Assembly: GCA_964016885.1 (NCBI GenBank)
Contig: OZ024740.1
Location: forward strand, 358,856,001-358,920,000
Length of the DNA stretch: 64,000 nt
Source: Eledone cirrhosa
Lineage: Eukaryota
Reading direction: 5' to 3'
The position numbers and the translations under genes are program-made. Shown piece after piece: positions 1 to 13,349 of this stretch. The notes under the pieces were generated by a model. The model did not search any database and was not told where the DNA came from. It saw only the letters and a program-made list of their open reading frames with translations. How positions within the stretch are numbered: the first letter of the stretch is position 1; every line of letters starts with the position of its first letter.

Positions 1-267
1 TTAAAACTTGATGTTATTTCCTGTGTTTCCCCCTTCTGTCGATATGTTTACTTCTTTTTTTTCTTTCTTTTTTTCTTCTCACTTTTTTCTTTCTTTCCCT
101 TTCTTCGCTATCGCTTCTTTCCCTCATGACTTTTTGATAGATAAAAGGGTATCGGCGCGCTACAGATAGATGTATTGTTTATAATGCGCCGAAACATCCG
201 TGATCCGTAGTAGACAACTGACGAAGGGAAACTGTCCATCTCTTGTTTGTGTCGCCTTACCTTCTAA

Positions 268-270
<3 letters not shown>
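1..270 (+). mobile_element. Probable Penelope-like terminal-repeat (pLTR) fragment ending at (TA)n
   Basis: Pyrimidine-rich tract, a hairpin followed by GAAAC (190-195), CTGACGAAGG (218-227), and an end at (TA)n. The last 13 nt recur inverted on the far side of the microsatellite (319-331). Confidence 0.45.
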
Positions 271-319
<49 letters not shown>

Positions 320-353
320 CGTTAGAAGGTATATATATATATATGTGTGTATG

Positions 354-388
<35 letters not shown>

Positions 389-1483
389 GTACAGACACAT
401 ATATGTATATTCATATATATCCGTGTGTGTGCATGTGTGCATGCATATTCCTACGGTATTAGAATTTCACCTTCCTTACGTTACAGTTCGTAAGTTTGGT
501 ATTGTGTATTATCGTTTTTAAATCGTTTGTTAACCCAGTGTATTTTTTATTTCATATTGAGTAAGAAACTAATTTACTAAATCTGTAACTAACACCTTAC
601 ATGTACATACATATATTTACGTCTAATCCTGTTTTCTTTGTAAACAATGTTTTGAAAATAATATTTCCATGCAGAACTACCATGATTCTTATTCAACAAG
701 TTGTTATCAAATTGTATTATTCTTTTATTTCCCGTGTAATACCGGCTACCTTGCTAGCTTTACCGCTGTGTATATTGATTCCTATTTGAATATTGTTTCA
801 CAGTCAGACTAGTTTATTGACACTTCTAACATATACGTAATCGTGAGAAATAAAGATATCCTTATTGTAACTCATTTACTTTTTAACTAAAGTGAATATG
901 TTCTACAAATTTCAATGTGGCCTTTGAATTGCAGATTTTTGTGTGGGGTGAAAGGAGATATCATTATCTCTTATAATCTTGTCATATTAAAAGAGCACAA
1001 ATCAATCATTATAGCAGATATATTCAATGGGGAATAATGTTGTTATTATAGACACATAACGATTCTGGAATGATTATTTGAAAGAACATATTTGAAAGAC
1101 TGAATATTATATTTGTGCTCATTATTATAAACTTTTGAAATTTTAATATGATGTTTCAAACAAGAGCTTTCTTCATTTTTAACAGATTAAAAAATAAATT
1201 CGATATGGCACATAGCTAGCTTTGACATTCTGACAATATACACGACATTTCTGGAATGAATTATATATGATTTCTTATTTGCGTTTATATTTCAGTCAAA
1301 GAAAGCTATATATGTGACCTTTGTTTTCTAAACTCATTGCATGTTATGTACAATAATATATCAATTGATTGTATAGATCATTGAAAATCTGGTAACAATT
1401 CTAGACATTATAAATGTCAATATCACAATATATATTATCACATATTCTGAAAATTTACAAACAGCAAAAAAGGTTTCATTATG

Positions 1484-1627
1484 GCAGTATAGTTACGTCC
1501 CTTTACGATCTGAGTTCAAATCCCGCCGAGGTTGAGTTTGCCTTTCATCCTTACTGGGGTCGATAAAATAAAGTACCAGTAATGCATTGGGTAATTGCTG
1601 GTCTTGTGCCTAAAGTAGAAACAATTA
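1484..1627 (+). mobile_element. tRNA-derived SINE, 5'-truncated (main SINE family of the window)
   Basis: B-box GAGTTCAAATCCC, central GCCTTTCATCCTTAC-GGGGTCGATAAAATAAAGTACCAG, tail GTAGAAACAATTA shared with about 11 other copies. Confidence 0.9.
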
Positions 1628-1640
1628 TAATATTATATAA

Positions 1641-1826
1641 GGGCGGTGGATTGGCAGAATTGGTAGAGGGTTGGACATGCTTTCCAGCATAGTTACGTCC
1701 CTTTACGATCTGAGTTCAAATCCCGCCAAGGTTAACTTTGCCTTTCATCCTTACGAGGTCGATAAAATAAAGTACCAGTAATGTACTGGGTAGTTGCTGG
1801 CCTTGTGCTGAAAGTAGAAACAATTA
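1641..1826 (+). mobile_element. tRNA-derived SINE, full length, inserted at the tail of the previous copy
   Basis: A-box TGGCAGAATTGG and B-box GTTCAAATCC; TSD ATTATAATATTATAT at 1624-1638 and 1823-1837. Confidence 0.92.
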
Positions 1827-2305
1827 TAATATTATATTGTTTTTCTATACATTATTTATAAATCAATGACATTAGTCTGGCGTAACATTTTTGAATAACG
1901 GAAATATAAACCGTTTAGCCTGTGAATATTGTTTATATTATACAATATCAAATTTTTACTACAAATTACATTGACTTTTAAAATGCTGCCATCATCTCTT
2001 CTTCAATAGAGAATAGAGACATTGTTTGAAATGCAATTTTGAATAACAAAAATGTTTCTATCTTCTGTATGAATTCGAAATATACATAGCATTTTCTCTT
2101 TTCTTTTCTATTTCGTCATTCACACTTCAAAGGACTTCTTTACTTGAAAATGACTTTGTATCCAGTCATCCACTGAGTAACTGGCGTATTATATGAAATA
2201 AACATTACTAAATGATAACGTGCACTGCAATATATATTAAATAATTATCTCTTGTTGAACATCTTATTTAATGATTAGAAGCCTGATAACTATCATTATT
2301 TGATA

Positions 2306-2407
2306 CCAAGGTTAACTTTCCCTTTCATCCTTACGGGGTCGATAAAATAAAGTACCAGTAATGCACTGAATAATTGCTGGCCTTGTGCCTAAAAATAGAA
2401 ACAATTA
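2306..2407 (+). mobile_element. SINE 3' half
   Basis: Starts at CCAAGGTTAACTTT; same core and tail as the family; TSD ATTATTTGATA (2295-2305 and 2404-2414). Confidence 0.9.
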
Positions 2408-3852
2408 TTTGATAATACCTTCTAGTAATGGTACAAGGCTATTAATTTGTCTTAGGCTCTAACGACTCTGCCAATACACTGCCCTATCATTATTAAATAC
2501 TCAAGGCTATATAAATTTACCATGGTAATTTCTTTACCTTTCAAATAAATGTTCTTTAATTACTTTTACATTTTAGCTTATATTTCTATCGTTTAAAATA
2601 AGGGGATGAGACTAATAGGACACATTCGGTTTAAGAAGAAAACTAGTATTGACATTATAGCGGGTTGGTTAGCCGTCTCATCCAAAATATATATTTCTGT
2701 TTCAGCCTTAAATACTCCATACCCACTGATGTACTTACACGTAGCATCTATGAAACATGTTCTATTCTTATAGCAATCTACCTCATGGTTACTCACCCAC
2801 CATCTGAAACATTAACGTATAGGGAGACTTAGCCATTACTTATTAAGAGATGTGTCCATCCAACACTGATCAGAGGAATCTATTAGCAACTGACAAGTTG
2901 GAATCATATACTTAATAGTGTCGAACTGCTACACATACATATTGAAATGTACTACCGTCTTTATGTAGGTACACCATATTTTTAGGCGCAAAGATGAAAA
3001 GAAGAGAGTGAACGGTTTTGTTAAAATATAATACCATGAGCATAATTGAACATAGGGATGAAAAGGGAAAATTCTATTACATCTTAATCAACATCACAGT
3101 TCGTTTCAGTATATGCTAGTAATCTCTTCTTGTCACGTCTTGTTACACACCGTACATAAAAACAACCAATGCTTTCTGTGTTGACTGTCATTTCATGAAG
3201 GCAGTAAAAAAGCAGTTTGGATTTCTATCCAGAATGTTGCTATGTATGTACTACATTTATTATCAAGCATATGAATGTATACGTCTATTGTTTGAGGATA
3301 TATACAAATATAGGCATACAAATTCACACTATGTGTGTGTTTGCATATATTTCTATTTTCAAAATAAATCAATATATATGCAATCAAAGAAATAGATATA
3401 ACTTTATTTGTTTTACTTGTACGCTTCTGTTTATATATTTCTTTTGTACGCATGTATGAATGATGTATAAGTATTTTTAAAATTCATTTACTAATTTCAT
3501 TCATTTGTTTTGTCTAAGGCCAGGCGGAAGCACATAATTGAGGAGCTGTAGTCGATCAACGTGAAACTAATATATATATTATGTACCACTATTCGTCAAA
3601 CAGCTAATTTAGGGTAAACAACCCAGATAGAACCGACACCCTTACACATGCATCCTCCCATCCTACCCACTCACGCAAATATATATATATATATAAATAT
3701 ACATACTTATACATACATATAAATACACACGTACTTATACATATACATACAGAATACGTGTGTATGTATGTATGTTTATATATGTATGCATGTATGTATA
3801 TACGTATGTGTGTATGTTTGCATATATGTATTTATGTATGTATTTTATATCA

Positions 3853-4370
3853 GGTCGCTCTTTAGCGCTACTAGTAACATGTAATCCAGTACAACTTGTG
3901 CATGTTCGGATCATCAGCGCCTAAACCGGCAACCTCCATCAAGTGCTTGTTTGGTGAGGAGGGTGATTTGGGACATCCTGCGGCATGAAAAACATGATCT
4001 GTGAAAGGGCGGAGGAACTCAGCAGAGTCAACGTGCATCCACTAAAGTAATTTTTTTTTTTTGAACGAGAGACCCCTAGTCTTCATTAAGACATCTCTCT
4101 AGGAGAAGGGCACTCTGATATAAAACCTCCGACTTCGTTTGCATCCAATGATGTACACTATTTCTTCTTTTGGGGCAAATGCATTAGATGTTCTGAGAGT
4201 GGGATTGGTTCCGTGCAAAGCCTTTCCTCACTTAAAAAAACCTCAAACACAGGCATCGCTTCATTTATGACATTCTTTGTGACACATCGTATTGCTGGCC
4301 ATAGGCAAGTCCCTAGTTGGACTAAAAAGCCACGCCCATAATGCTCATGCTTAAATATCAGGCGATGGAA
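3853..4370 (+). mobile_element. Probable RTE-type LINE 5' UTR or non-autonomous derivative
   Basis: GC-richer island between microsatellites containing CTAGGAGAAGGGCACTCTGATATAAAACC, which resembles a motif I recall from invertebrate RTE 5' regions; no ORF. Confidence 0.4.
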
Positions 4371-4572
4371 TTACTCGAGTTGCAACCATCATGTATGTAT
4401 CTATGTACGTATGCATACACTAGTTCACACAGAATACAAAAATCCCAAACACATGCATTTATCAATGTGCATGTGTGCATGCTTGCGCGTATGCATGTGT
4501 ATATGTGAGTATATATGGGTACACATATATATGTGTTTGTGTACATATTTATGCGTGTACACGCGCATGAAG

Positions 4573-4627
<55 letters not shown>

Positions 4628-4632
<5 letters not shown>

Positions 4633-5003
4633 CCAATAACAGAACTCTTAAGATCTGCACATGCATACGCACTCAGGCAGCACAAAATACACTCCGCCTA
4701 TACAAAAACCACGAACTACACGTCTGAAGCCATCACCTCGACACCTACCCCGCACGCCGGCCCATTCTCCAAACCATCTTAACTCCTTCTCCATCCCTTC
4801 TTCTTTTTATTTTTATTTTATTTTATTTGCAATTTTATTCTTTATTATGCCCTTACTCCTTTTATTCTACTCTCCGAACTGTTATTCTTGATGAAAGGCC
4901 AATGCCCAACACGTCACTGTTTCACTCTCTTTCGTATAAGCGTGAACCTAATAAGACTTTATGTTAATGCATCCTCTTGTTTCTTTGTTACTTGTATTCA
5001 TGC
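4628..5003 (+). mobile_element. PLE 3' fragment: weak GIY-YIG C-terminus plus pLTR with degenerate hammerhead
   Basis: HF..DL..HSGS..SPNHLNSFS-like reading; TTGATGAAA-GGC-CAAT-GCC-CAACACGTC at 4888-4915; tail TAAGCGTGAACCTAATA is shared with the minus-strand copy at 13155-13330. Confidence 0.45.
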
Positions 5004-5090
5004 TATATATGTATGTATAGATATAGCACGATATATATATGTTAAAAAAATATATATATGTGTATATATATATCATGTAATATCACTCTC

Positions 5091-5205
<115 letters not shown>

Positions 5206-5712
5206 TGATATTACGCAATTACTTCAAAACCAATGAATCAATGAATACGTATGATGAAATCATAAGATCATGGTTTTATTCATAATTTCAATCTTAAAAG
5301 ACACTTTTTCATAGAATAATATGCTTCAATAAATCAACATCTAAGAAACTTTTTTTTTTCGCCGGAAGAATTCAAGCGTGGTGTCTCGGCCAAAGATGAA
5401 ATACCTGACTGGCAGGCAAATATATAGCTGCAAATGTCATAGAAACCACCAGAAGATATCAGCAGAAGCATCTTCCTACCAGTTTAACACTGGCTAAGTT
5501 TAACTGAACATTCAAGATGTTTAATGACGTTTGAATATTAGATATACTTATTATTTTATGAAGAAGTTATCACAAGCTGGAAGTAGAAATTATATAATGG
5601 TTCTATGGAGAAATTATGAGAGGTTGAAAACAGAAATTATAGAATATATAGTATAGCTCTGTTATTCGGGCTACGAAATTGGTTGGATATTCCAATATGA
5701 TTTGAAATCAAT

Positions 5713-6130
5713 TTGATCTGAACGACATAATGAGAAAGAACCTAGACGCAGTCGGCTTCCCGTCACAACTGGATTCAGCAGGCCTTGACCGTGAAGACGC
5801 CAAGCACCCCAACGGAATTACCCTCTTCCCATTCGAGAGAGGTAAATCCCTTATCTTGGACGTGACAAGCTGCGACATATTCTCCCCTCCAGCTTAGTCG
5901 CTACGGCCACAAACGACCCACAATGCAGGAAGAAAATAAGTACTGAGGCTTTTCCGGCCGCGTCCTTTTTGCACAAGTCGCCGTCGAGATCAGGTGTCCT
6001 CGGACCCCGTACAGCTGACCTCCACCGAAAAATCGGAATGACAGTTGCCCATCTGGGGAAGGAGCCCCTCAGGGTGGGGTGGCTGATGCAAGGGGTGTCG
6101 CTTTGCCATTTTATCCGCGGCACATAACCG
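5713..6130 (+). pseudogene. CRE-clade non-LTR retrotransposon fragment, restriction-like endonuclease (RLE) domain
   Basis: Reads LNDIMRKNLDAVGFPSQLDSAGLDREDAKHPNGITLFPFERGKSLILDVTSCD, matching the CRE motif LND..R.L...G.PS.LEP.GL.R.DGKRPDG.T..P...GK.L.WD.T..D; frameshifted. Confidence 0.8.
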
Positions 6131-6290
6131 AAACACCTCCCCCATCCCTCTTTATTTCGTTGCTTAATAATCCTTGTCATTCCCCGCTTTTCCTCTCATT
6201 TATAGTCTTCTGCAATGCTACTTTCTTTTTCTTTGATTGATTTCTATTATTTGTTTCTTTTGCATATTTCATATTCATTATATATATATA

Positions 6291-6481
6291 GGCGGTGGAC
6301 TGGCAGTATCGGTAGAGGGTTTGACGCCATGCTTTACAGCAAAGAGTTACGGCCCTTTATGGGCTGAGTTCAAATCCCGCCGAGGTTAATTTAGCCTTTC
6401 ATCCTTACGGGGTCGATAAAATAAAGTACCAGTAATACACTGGGATAATTGCTGGTCTTGTGTCAAAAGTAGAAACAATTA
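6291..6481 (+). mobile_element. tRNA-derived SINE, full length
   Basis: A and B boxes, family core and tail; flanked by duplicated ATTATATATATATA. Confidence 0.92.
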
Positions 6482-6562
6482 TATATATATATATTACATA
6501 ATTTGTGATTGTATGAACAAAATGGATCAAATAATTTGTAATTAAGAAAAGACTCGAAAGAC

Positions 6563-6654
6563 TGAGAGGGCGGTAAAGTAAGAGTGAGAGGGCGGTAAAG
6601 TAAGAGTGAGGGGGCGGTAAAGAAAGAGTGAGAGGGCGGTAAAGAAAGAGTGAG
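6563..6654. repeat. 22-bp minisatellite (TGAGAGGGCGGTAAAGWAAGAG), about 4 copies
   Basis: Tandem unit visible directly. Confidence 0.9.
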
Positions 6655-6759
6655 TGGGTGGGGTGGGGAATTACTTAAAAGCCAAAAAATACGCACAATG
6701 AAAACATTAAAACATGCGTTTTATTAATAAATTTCAGTCTTTGTATAATTTTGATAGAA

Positions 6760-7375
6760 TAGTAAGTTTCAATGAACCAGCATCTATGATCCCTTTACAC
6801 GCTGGAGGAATCTTAACGCTGTTATGGAAGACCATACAGCACACTGGTTGATAAACCAGTACGCGTTGTGGATGATTCTGCAAGAAGTATCGGATCGATG
6901 GACCGCTTCTTGTTATCTTGAAGTCCTGCTTAGAATGCCCGGATTGTGTGTCTGACGGATTCTGCCAAGGATGTATATTGTCATCTCTTCTGTTCATAAT
7001 CTTTATGAACAGAATTGCCATACGCGACAGGGTTGGAAATAGTAGAGAGACTGGTGGGTGTATGATCAGTTGGCTTCAATCTGCAGACGACAAGATGCTA
7101 CTTAACTCGTCAGAAACTCATATCCAACATGCACGGGATATGTTTTGTTCCCAATGGAGCACGACAGGAAAGAAAATTGGTGCAGCAAAGACTGAGAGAC
7201 ACGCCCCCACAAAGAAAACCTGCGCAGAGTACTATTCGTGTGTGTGGAGATGAACTGAAATAGTTGGAAAAATTCAAGTATCTCGGGGTCGTTTTCATGA
7301 ACAACGGAAAGCAAGAGTCTGAATTAAATGCAATAATTGCTGAAGTTAGTGCAATGATGCACCATTCTTCAAACC
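6760..7375 (+). pseudogene. RTE-clade LINE reverse transcriptase fragment
   Basis: GFCQGCILSSLLFIIFMNRI, SADD, KTE, and KFKYLGVVF in a shifted frame; homologous to 9285-10377. Confidence 0.85.
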
Positions 7376-9284
7376 TAGAGGCTCATCAAGCCGAAGCTTT
7401 TATGCAGCATTTAAATGACTCGTAGTTCCACACTTTTCAGTTAGACGCGTGCACAACATGAAATAAAGTGTCTTGCTCATGAACTTATCGCACAACTCTA
7501 ATTTTCAGTTTCTTAAAGCCTAACTAATGGAGAGACGAGGAACGATCAGTCCCACCATTCCGACCGGCACTTATAAATTAAATATATTTTTTATGTATTG
7601 TTCTCAGTTTGGTGAAGGCGTGTGAGGTTTTCAAAATCAACGAACAACCCGGGGCAGCTTAAAACCAAAGGACGCTAGAGACTGAACTTATGTAATTTAC
7701 TTATTTTGACTAAACGTTACACGACTTTAATCATCGGATGCCTACAATCGATTACATCGATTCTGTGTATTAGTAGAGCTTATTGCTTCCAGAGTGGTGA
7801 TGCAAAATGCTGTATTTGAAGTCTACGTAACGACTGAAATTAAATACAAATGCTTTTACTGTTTCTGCCAGCTCTTCGAACCGTGATGAATAATATTTCA
7901 AATGTAATACACACCGTTGAGAAATAGCTTCCTGCTTAACATTCACTCTCTTCAATCCCATTACTATTGTCTCGATATGGCAACAGCTCAGTACGCTTAA
8001 TCTATGCTATATTCATTTTGTATTTCATATTTTGAATCATTCATCATATTTCTACTCTAAATTTTCACTTCTTTTCTCTTTTACGTACACACTTCCTTTT
8101 TCTCTCGCCTATTTCCTGATTTACCCTCCCCTCTCTGTTATACAAGCACACGCATACATTTACTATGTTGTATATCACCTTCTTTTCTAATTTCTCTGTA
8201 TATAGATTCAAATGTTTCACAAGTTAAGATTTACTGCTAAGTTGCACTACGTTTCTGTTGTTGATGATGTCGATATTATAATCAGCTCTTATTGATAAGA
8301 CTAATAGATAAGACTAATTGATATCTGATTGATAAGACTAATAGATATTTGATCCAAGCATTTAGCTGTGATCTTGTTCCATTTTAACTCTATTTCTAGA
8401 ATATTCGTTTAGATGTCATACTAAATACACTGCCAACGTTTTCCTGCTATTCAAATGTATGATGAAATAAATTAGCTGTTAAACGATATGGAATGAATAA
8501 CTATTAGTGTCTGCTTTTAAATTCTATTGCCAATGCTAATGTAACAATTATTAATTAGACATTGGTGAATTTATAGAGAAATGACTAGCCAGTTTTCCTT
8601 CTGTTTCATGTTCATATTGCACCAATGTTACTTGTCATGCCTGGTCTACTACACACTTATAACCGTTAATATACTACATTTAAAGCTGACAATAATAGTT
8701 CTAGCATAGTCGCATGGTAGGAAATATTTGGAGGGATACGTTAGTTGATTAATTGACTCATAATGACGGTAAAATATTCTATCAACATTGGAATGATGAA
8801 AAGCAAAGTTGATTCGATGCTACTTGAACTTCGAACGTAACGAGACGAAAGAACTACCAATATTTCACCCTTCTAAAGGAGCATAATAATGGGAAGTTAC
8901 AGTTATAAAAGAGAAATATTAGATTATTATATTTGTAATTTCAATATTCGAAATTTACAGCGGACTAGTGTATTAAAAGAATCAAAATATCAGTCTGATG
9001 TTTCATGGTTTGTATTTTGTCCCTGGATAAGATAGTTAACTTTTAAATAGTTCAATTAAACCAGGGGTAAATATTTATCATGCGTACATAGATGTCACTG
9101 GTGAAAGCTGTAGGAACAGATGTGCATAGTTAATTGGGTTTACCAGCTTCCTTGCAATGCTATGGGAATCATTCAATCAGACTTTCCTTCGACATAGTAT
9201 GTGAACATGATTTCTAGCAATGTTAAGTCACATTAGATTCCAGGACTCGCAAGATATCAATGGCAGAAAGAACGGCATTTACAA

Positions 9285-10377
9285 GTTCATGAAATGCTAT
9301 TTGATACACTTGTGGCCTGTCCAACATAGTATCAACACCAAGGAATTTATCTAGGAGGATTATCAATTTTATAAGAAGCAACATTGTGTTGGGTTAAATG
9401 GGGCTGAATCGAAACCATTCAATAAGGGAGACGGAGTCCACCAGGGGTGTGTACTGTCATTGTTTTCATGAACAGGATTGCCATGCGCAGCCGGGTTAGA
9501 AGTGATATCACGACTCGCATGTGTAAAATCAGTCCGCTGGAATTTGCACTCGGCATGTTGTTACTTAACTCAACAGAAGGTGATCTCCGATATACACTTG
9601 ATAGTTTTGATGCCGAGTGCTGCATGGCTGGAACGAAAATCAGTTCTGCAGAAACTGAGACACTCATCATCTCAAGGATGTCTGCACAGTGCACTCAACA
9701 TGTGAGTGGAGTTACACTGAAGCCGGTAGAGAAGTTCATGTATCTCGGGGTCGTGTTTGCGAATGGGGAAGGCAGGAGGCTGAATTAAGTACAAGAATTG
9801 CAGGAGCTGATGCAGTTATGTGCCAGCGTCAGTATTCAGTAATCAGAAGAAGGGGGAAGGTGTAAAAGCCAAACTCACTATCCTCAATTCGATATTCATG
9901 CCAACATTTACCTATGATCATGAATCTTGGGTAATGACCGGCAGAATAAGGTCGCGAATACAAACAGCCGAAATGGGTTCCTACAAAGGGTATTTGGAGT
10001 AACGTTAGCGTAGCTCGGAGATCAGAGAGTCACTCTAGGTATAGCTGCTGCTTCTCCGAATTGAGAGATCACAGCTCCAACACTATGGGCATGTGGTTAG
10101 AATTAGTCAGGAAAGGATCACAGGACAGATATTACAGTCAAAACCAGCCACCAGGATATCTAATGGTAGACCCCGAACAAGATGCTTGGATAACATCTAT
10201 GAATTTGGCTGGTCTCGCTTGGGTATTCAGCCAGATCAGTTGGAGACGGTTGTTTCTAAGACAACCCGATGGGGGGAGTGTTTTAGGATTCTGCCTCCAC
10301 GACACTCTGAGAAGAAGAAGAAGAAGAAGAAGAAGAAGAAGAAGAAGAAGAAGAAGAAGAAGAAGAAGAAGAAGAAA
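9285..10377 (+). pseudogene. RTE-clade LINE 3' fragment with (AAG)n tail
   Basis: GVHQGC..FMNRI, EKFMYLG, PTFTYDHESWV, QHYGHVVR, GRPRTR.LD; ends in an (AAG)n tract at 10310-10377. Confidence 0.88.
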
Positions 10378-10904
10378 GTATTAAGCTGCATTATACATTG
10401 AAATATTATATAATAAAATGTTTGGATAAGCGTTTCGTTGATTATTAGAAAAAATCGGGTATATGAACTACTTTGAAAATACAACCAATTACAAAACAAA
10501 TCATTGACAAAAACAAATCTCTGCTGGTTACACAATCCGTAAGAATGTTTTGAGACATTGTTCATAATATCTTTACAATGTCCAATAAGACTATTAGTTT
10601 TCTATAAATAGTACTCGAGATAATCAGCAGTTTATCTAATGTTCACATTTCTCCTTCGTTACAATGCTATTTCTTTATCATCTTGCATTTATATAATCAA
10701 CATAACACCGATATGTACGGATGTAATTTCATCGATTAAAGCGTCTTCTTTTATAGTAATATTCTTCAATATAGAAAAGAACATTTCAACACTATTTGAA
10801 TTTGAACTGTTTATATTTGCAGTGATTAATTATTAAAACGTTACAAATACTCTTTTTTTAAATATATATATAAGATAATAACATTTTTTTTAATGACATA
10901 GTTG

Positions 10905-11650
10905 ATTAAGTTCATCGATTTACATAGCTGTTGTTTTATCTGGACCAGAGAGATGAAAGACACAATACAAAGTAGAATGTATATCCAGATATAATGCACA
11001 CATGAACACACTCCGTAAAACTGTAAAACTAGAAACGTAGTCTATAGATGTACAAAGGGTACTTGCAGAAATATCACAGCAACATACATAGGCGAGACAG
11101 CTCGTAGCATAGGTGAATGGATAGAACAACACTGGGGGAGAACTAAAAGGACGAAAAAACGGTTCAGTACTATACGAACACGCCAGAAAACAACATGACG
11201 GTAACATAGACAACATAGAAATTAAAATAATATCTAAAAAAAAGAAATGGCCCAGCAGATAGGTAAATCAGAGAGGCAGGTGAAATAGAACTTAGAAGGC
11301 CAAAGCTAAACAGAAAAACATGAATAGAATAACAACACCCAAACAAACAATACTGACCTAAGAGAAATATAAATAAATAAATAAATAAACAGATTAAATA
11401 AAGATGGTGTAGATATAAAATACAACAGGAGGAACATAATAGCACCATCGACGATGTTGCAGATGTGCAACGAAAGAACTTTGTTAAACTCTATATATGT
11501 GTTTGTATTTATATTATATCTGTATTTTTTTACCGTTGGCCAGTCAATGGTAGACATTGAGGACCGAATAAATTAACTTTTATAAAATATACGGAAGCGA
11601 AAACCAACCAAACAGTGAATGTGTTCTGTTATTAATTACAATATGACTCT

Positions 11651-11652
<2 letters not shown>
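10905..11652 (+). mobile_element. Penelope-like element 3' end: GIY-YIG endonuclease (11022-11323) plus pLTR
   Basis: CKTRNVVYRC..TC..TYIGETARSIGEWIEQH..YEH..H, then after a frameshift IREAGEIELRRPKLN; followed by a pLTR with a hammerhead-like motif (11444-11486) and ending at (TA)n. Confidence 0.85.
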
Positions 11653-11702
<50 letters not shown>

Positions 11703-11793
11703 TATATATAATGTATATATATATATATGTATACATATATATATATATTTATAAATATATATATATATAATGTATATATATATATATATATGT

Positions 11794-11885
<92 letters not shown>

Positions 11886-11968
11886 ACATATATATATATA
11901 TATATACATTATATATATATATATTTATAAATATATATATATATGTCTACATATATATATATATATAC

Positions 11969-12001
<33 letters not shown>

Positions 12002-12100
12002 ACATATATATATACATTATATATATATATATTTATAAATATATATATATATGTATACATATATATATATATACATTATATATATATATATATATATATA
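11653..12100. repeat. Compound (TA)n microsatellite with recurring TGTATACAT / CATTAT / TTTATAAAT interruptions
   Basis: Seen directly; the largest of more than 30 (TA)n/(CA)n tracts in the window. Confidence 0.95.
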
Positions 12101-12260
12101 GGAACCAGTAAGACCCCGACAGCTGAGCTCAAGCCGTTTCGACGGCTATATATATATATATATATATATAGGAGAGTCATATTGTAATTAATAACAGAAC
12201 ACATTCACTGTTTGGTTGGTTTTCGCTTCCGTATCTTATATATATATATATATATATATA

Positions 12261-13060
12261 AAGAATTAGTATATCTACCAACATATATATACAGATGCAT
12301 ACCTATGCTAGCAAATATATAGGTTTTGACTTAGTAACATTGTGGTTCAATGCAAGGGGATGCAGAACAATTATATGAATGATGTAAAATAAGAAAATTA
12401 TAAAAATTAACTTACTAAATTTTCACTCCAACTAATTAGTTTCTGAAAGGGAATAAACATGGTTTCCAAATGGAAAGCATGGAGAAGCCGTTTCGTCATC
12501 AGGAAGTCTGTTCTCAGCTAAGATACCTGGCGATGCGTGGACACAGGGAACTTATACAAAAATAATTCAGTGGATGGAAAAAAGTAAGCGTGGACTAAAT
12601 ATACTAATATAGATATACATTCTACTCGTTGGTAGATATACTAATTCTTTATAATTATCTCCAAATTATTTTGTTGAGCAAAAATTTGCCAAAACTGCTA
12701 CTATAGTTCATAGTAATAGCTTGGCTACTGTCTTTGTAACACCCCACTCTTCACTGATTAACCTCGATGTCACGTGATTGATTCTTTTGAATTTGCCACC
12801 GACCAAGTAGGCAGTGATTTTTTCAATGTTTTTGAATTTAGTCTACGCTTGCTTTTTTCCATCCACTGAATTATTTTTGTATAAGCTCCCTGTGTCCACG
12901 CATCGCCAGGTATCTTAGCTGAGAACAGACTTCCTAATGACGAAACGGCCTCTCCATGCTTTCCATTTAGAAACCATGTTTATTCCCTTTCAGAAACTAA
13001 TTAGTTGGAGTGAAATTTTAGTAAGTAAGTTAATTCTTATAATTTTCTTATTTTACGTCA

Positions 13061-13064
<4 letters not shown>
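12261..13064. mobile_element. PLE-type element with nested inverted repeats
   Basis: 12376-12599 is the reverse complement of about 12838-13064, and 12261-12282 is the reverse complement of 12628-12649; (TA)n on both sides; each long arm has CT(G/A)ATGACGAAACGG. Confidence 0.65.
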
Positions 13065-13150
<86 letters not shown>

Positions 13151-13349
13151 TATAGTTGAAAATCAACGAACAAAACACAGGAGGCAATTGTACACAGTTA
13201 TATTAGGTTCGCGCTTAGTGGAAGTGGAGGAGGTTTCAACGCTTTCGTTAGGAAAGTTCAGGTTGGGGGAGAACAGGAATTCCGAGAAAGAGTTAGGAGG
13301 GTATTAAGGAGGGAAGTTACAGAGTAAAATATAAAAAATAATTATATAT

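Noticed and set aside
243-521. YIYIYI / CVCVCV / HTHTHT ORFs here and throughout the ORF track
   Set aside because: They are translations of (TA)n and (CA)n microsatellites, not genes.
1484-1826. Repeated SINE units as a CRISPR array or tRNA genes
   Set aside because: They are dispersed eukaryotic SINEs with TSDs; there is no repeat-spacer periodicity and no complete cloverleaf.
2593-3200. Minus-strand GPCR-like fragments (CVAVRH, LFIP)
   Set aside because: Motifs are too weak and scattered across frames.
3900-4040. HDV-like ribozyme in the putative RTE 5' region
   Set aside because: Only a simple hairpin could be formed; the nested double pseudoknot was not found by eye.
10061-10565. Poly-Arg, poly-Lys and poly-Phe ORFs
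   Set aside because: They read through the (AAG)n tail of an RTE element.
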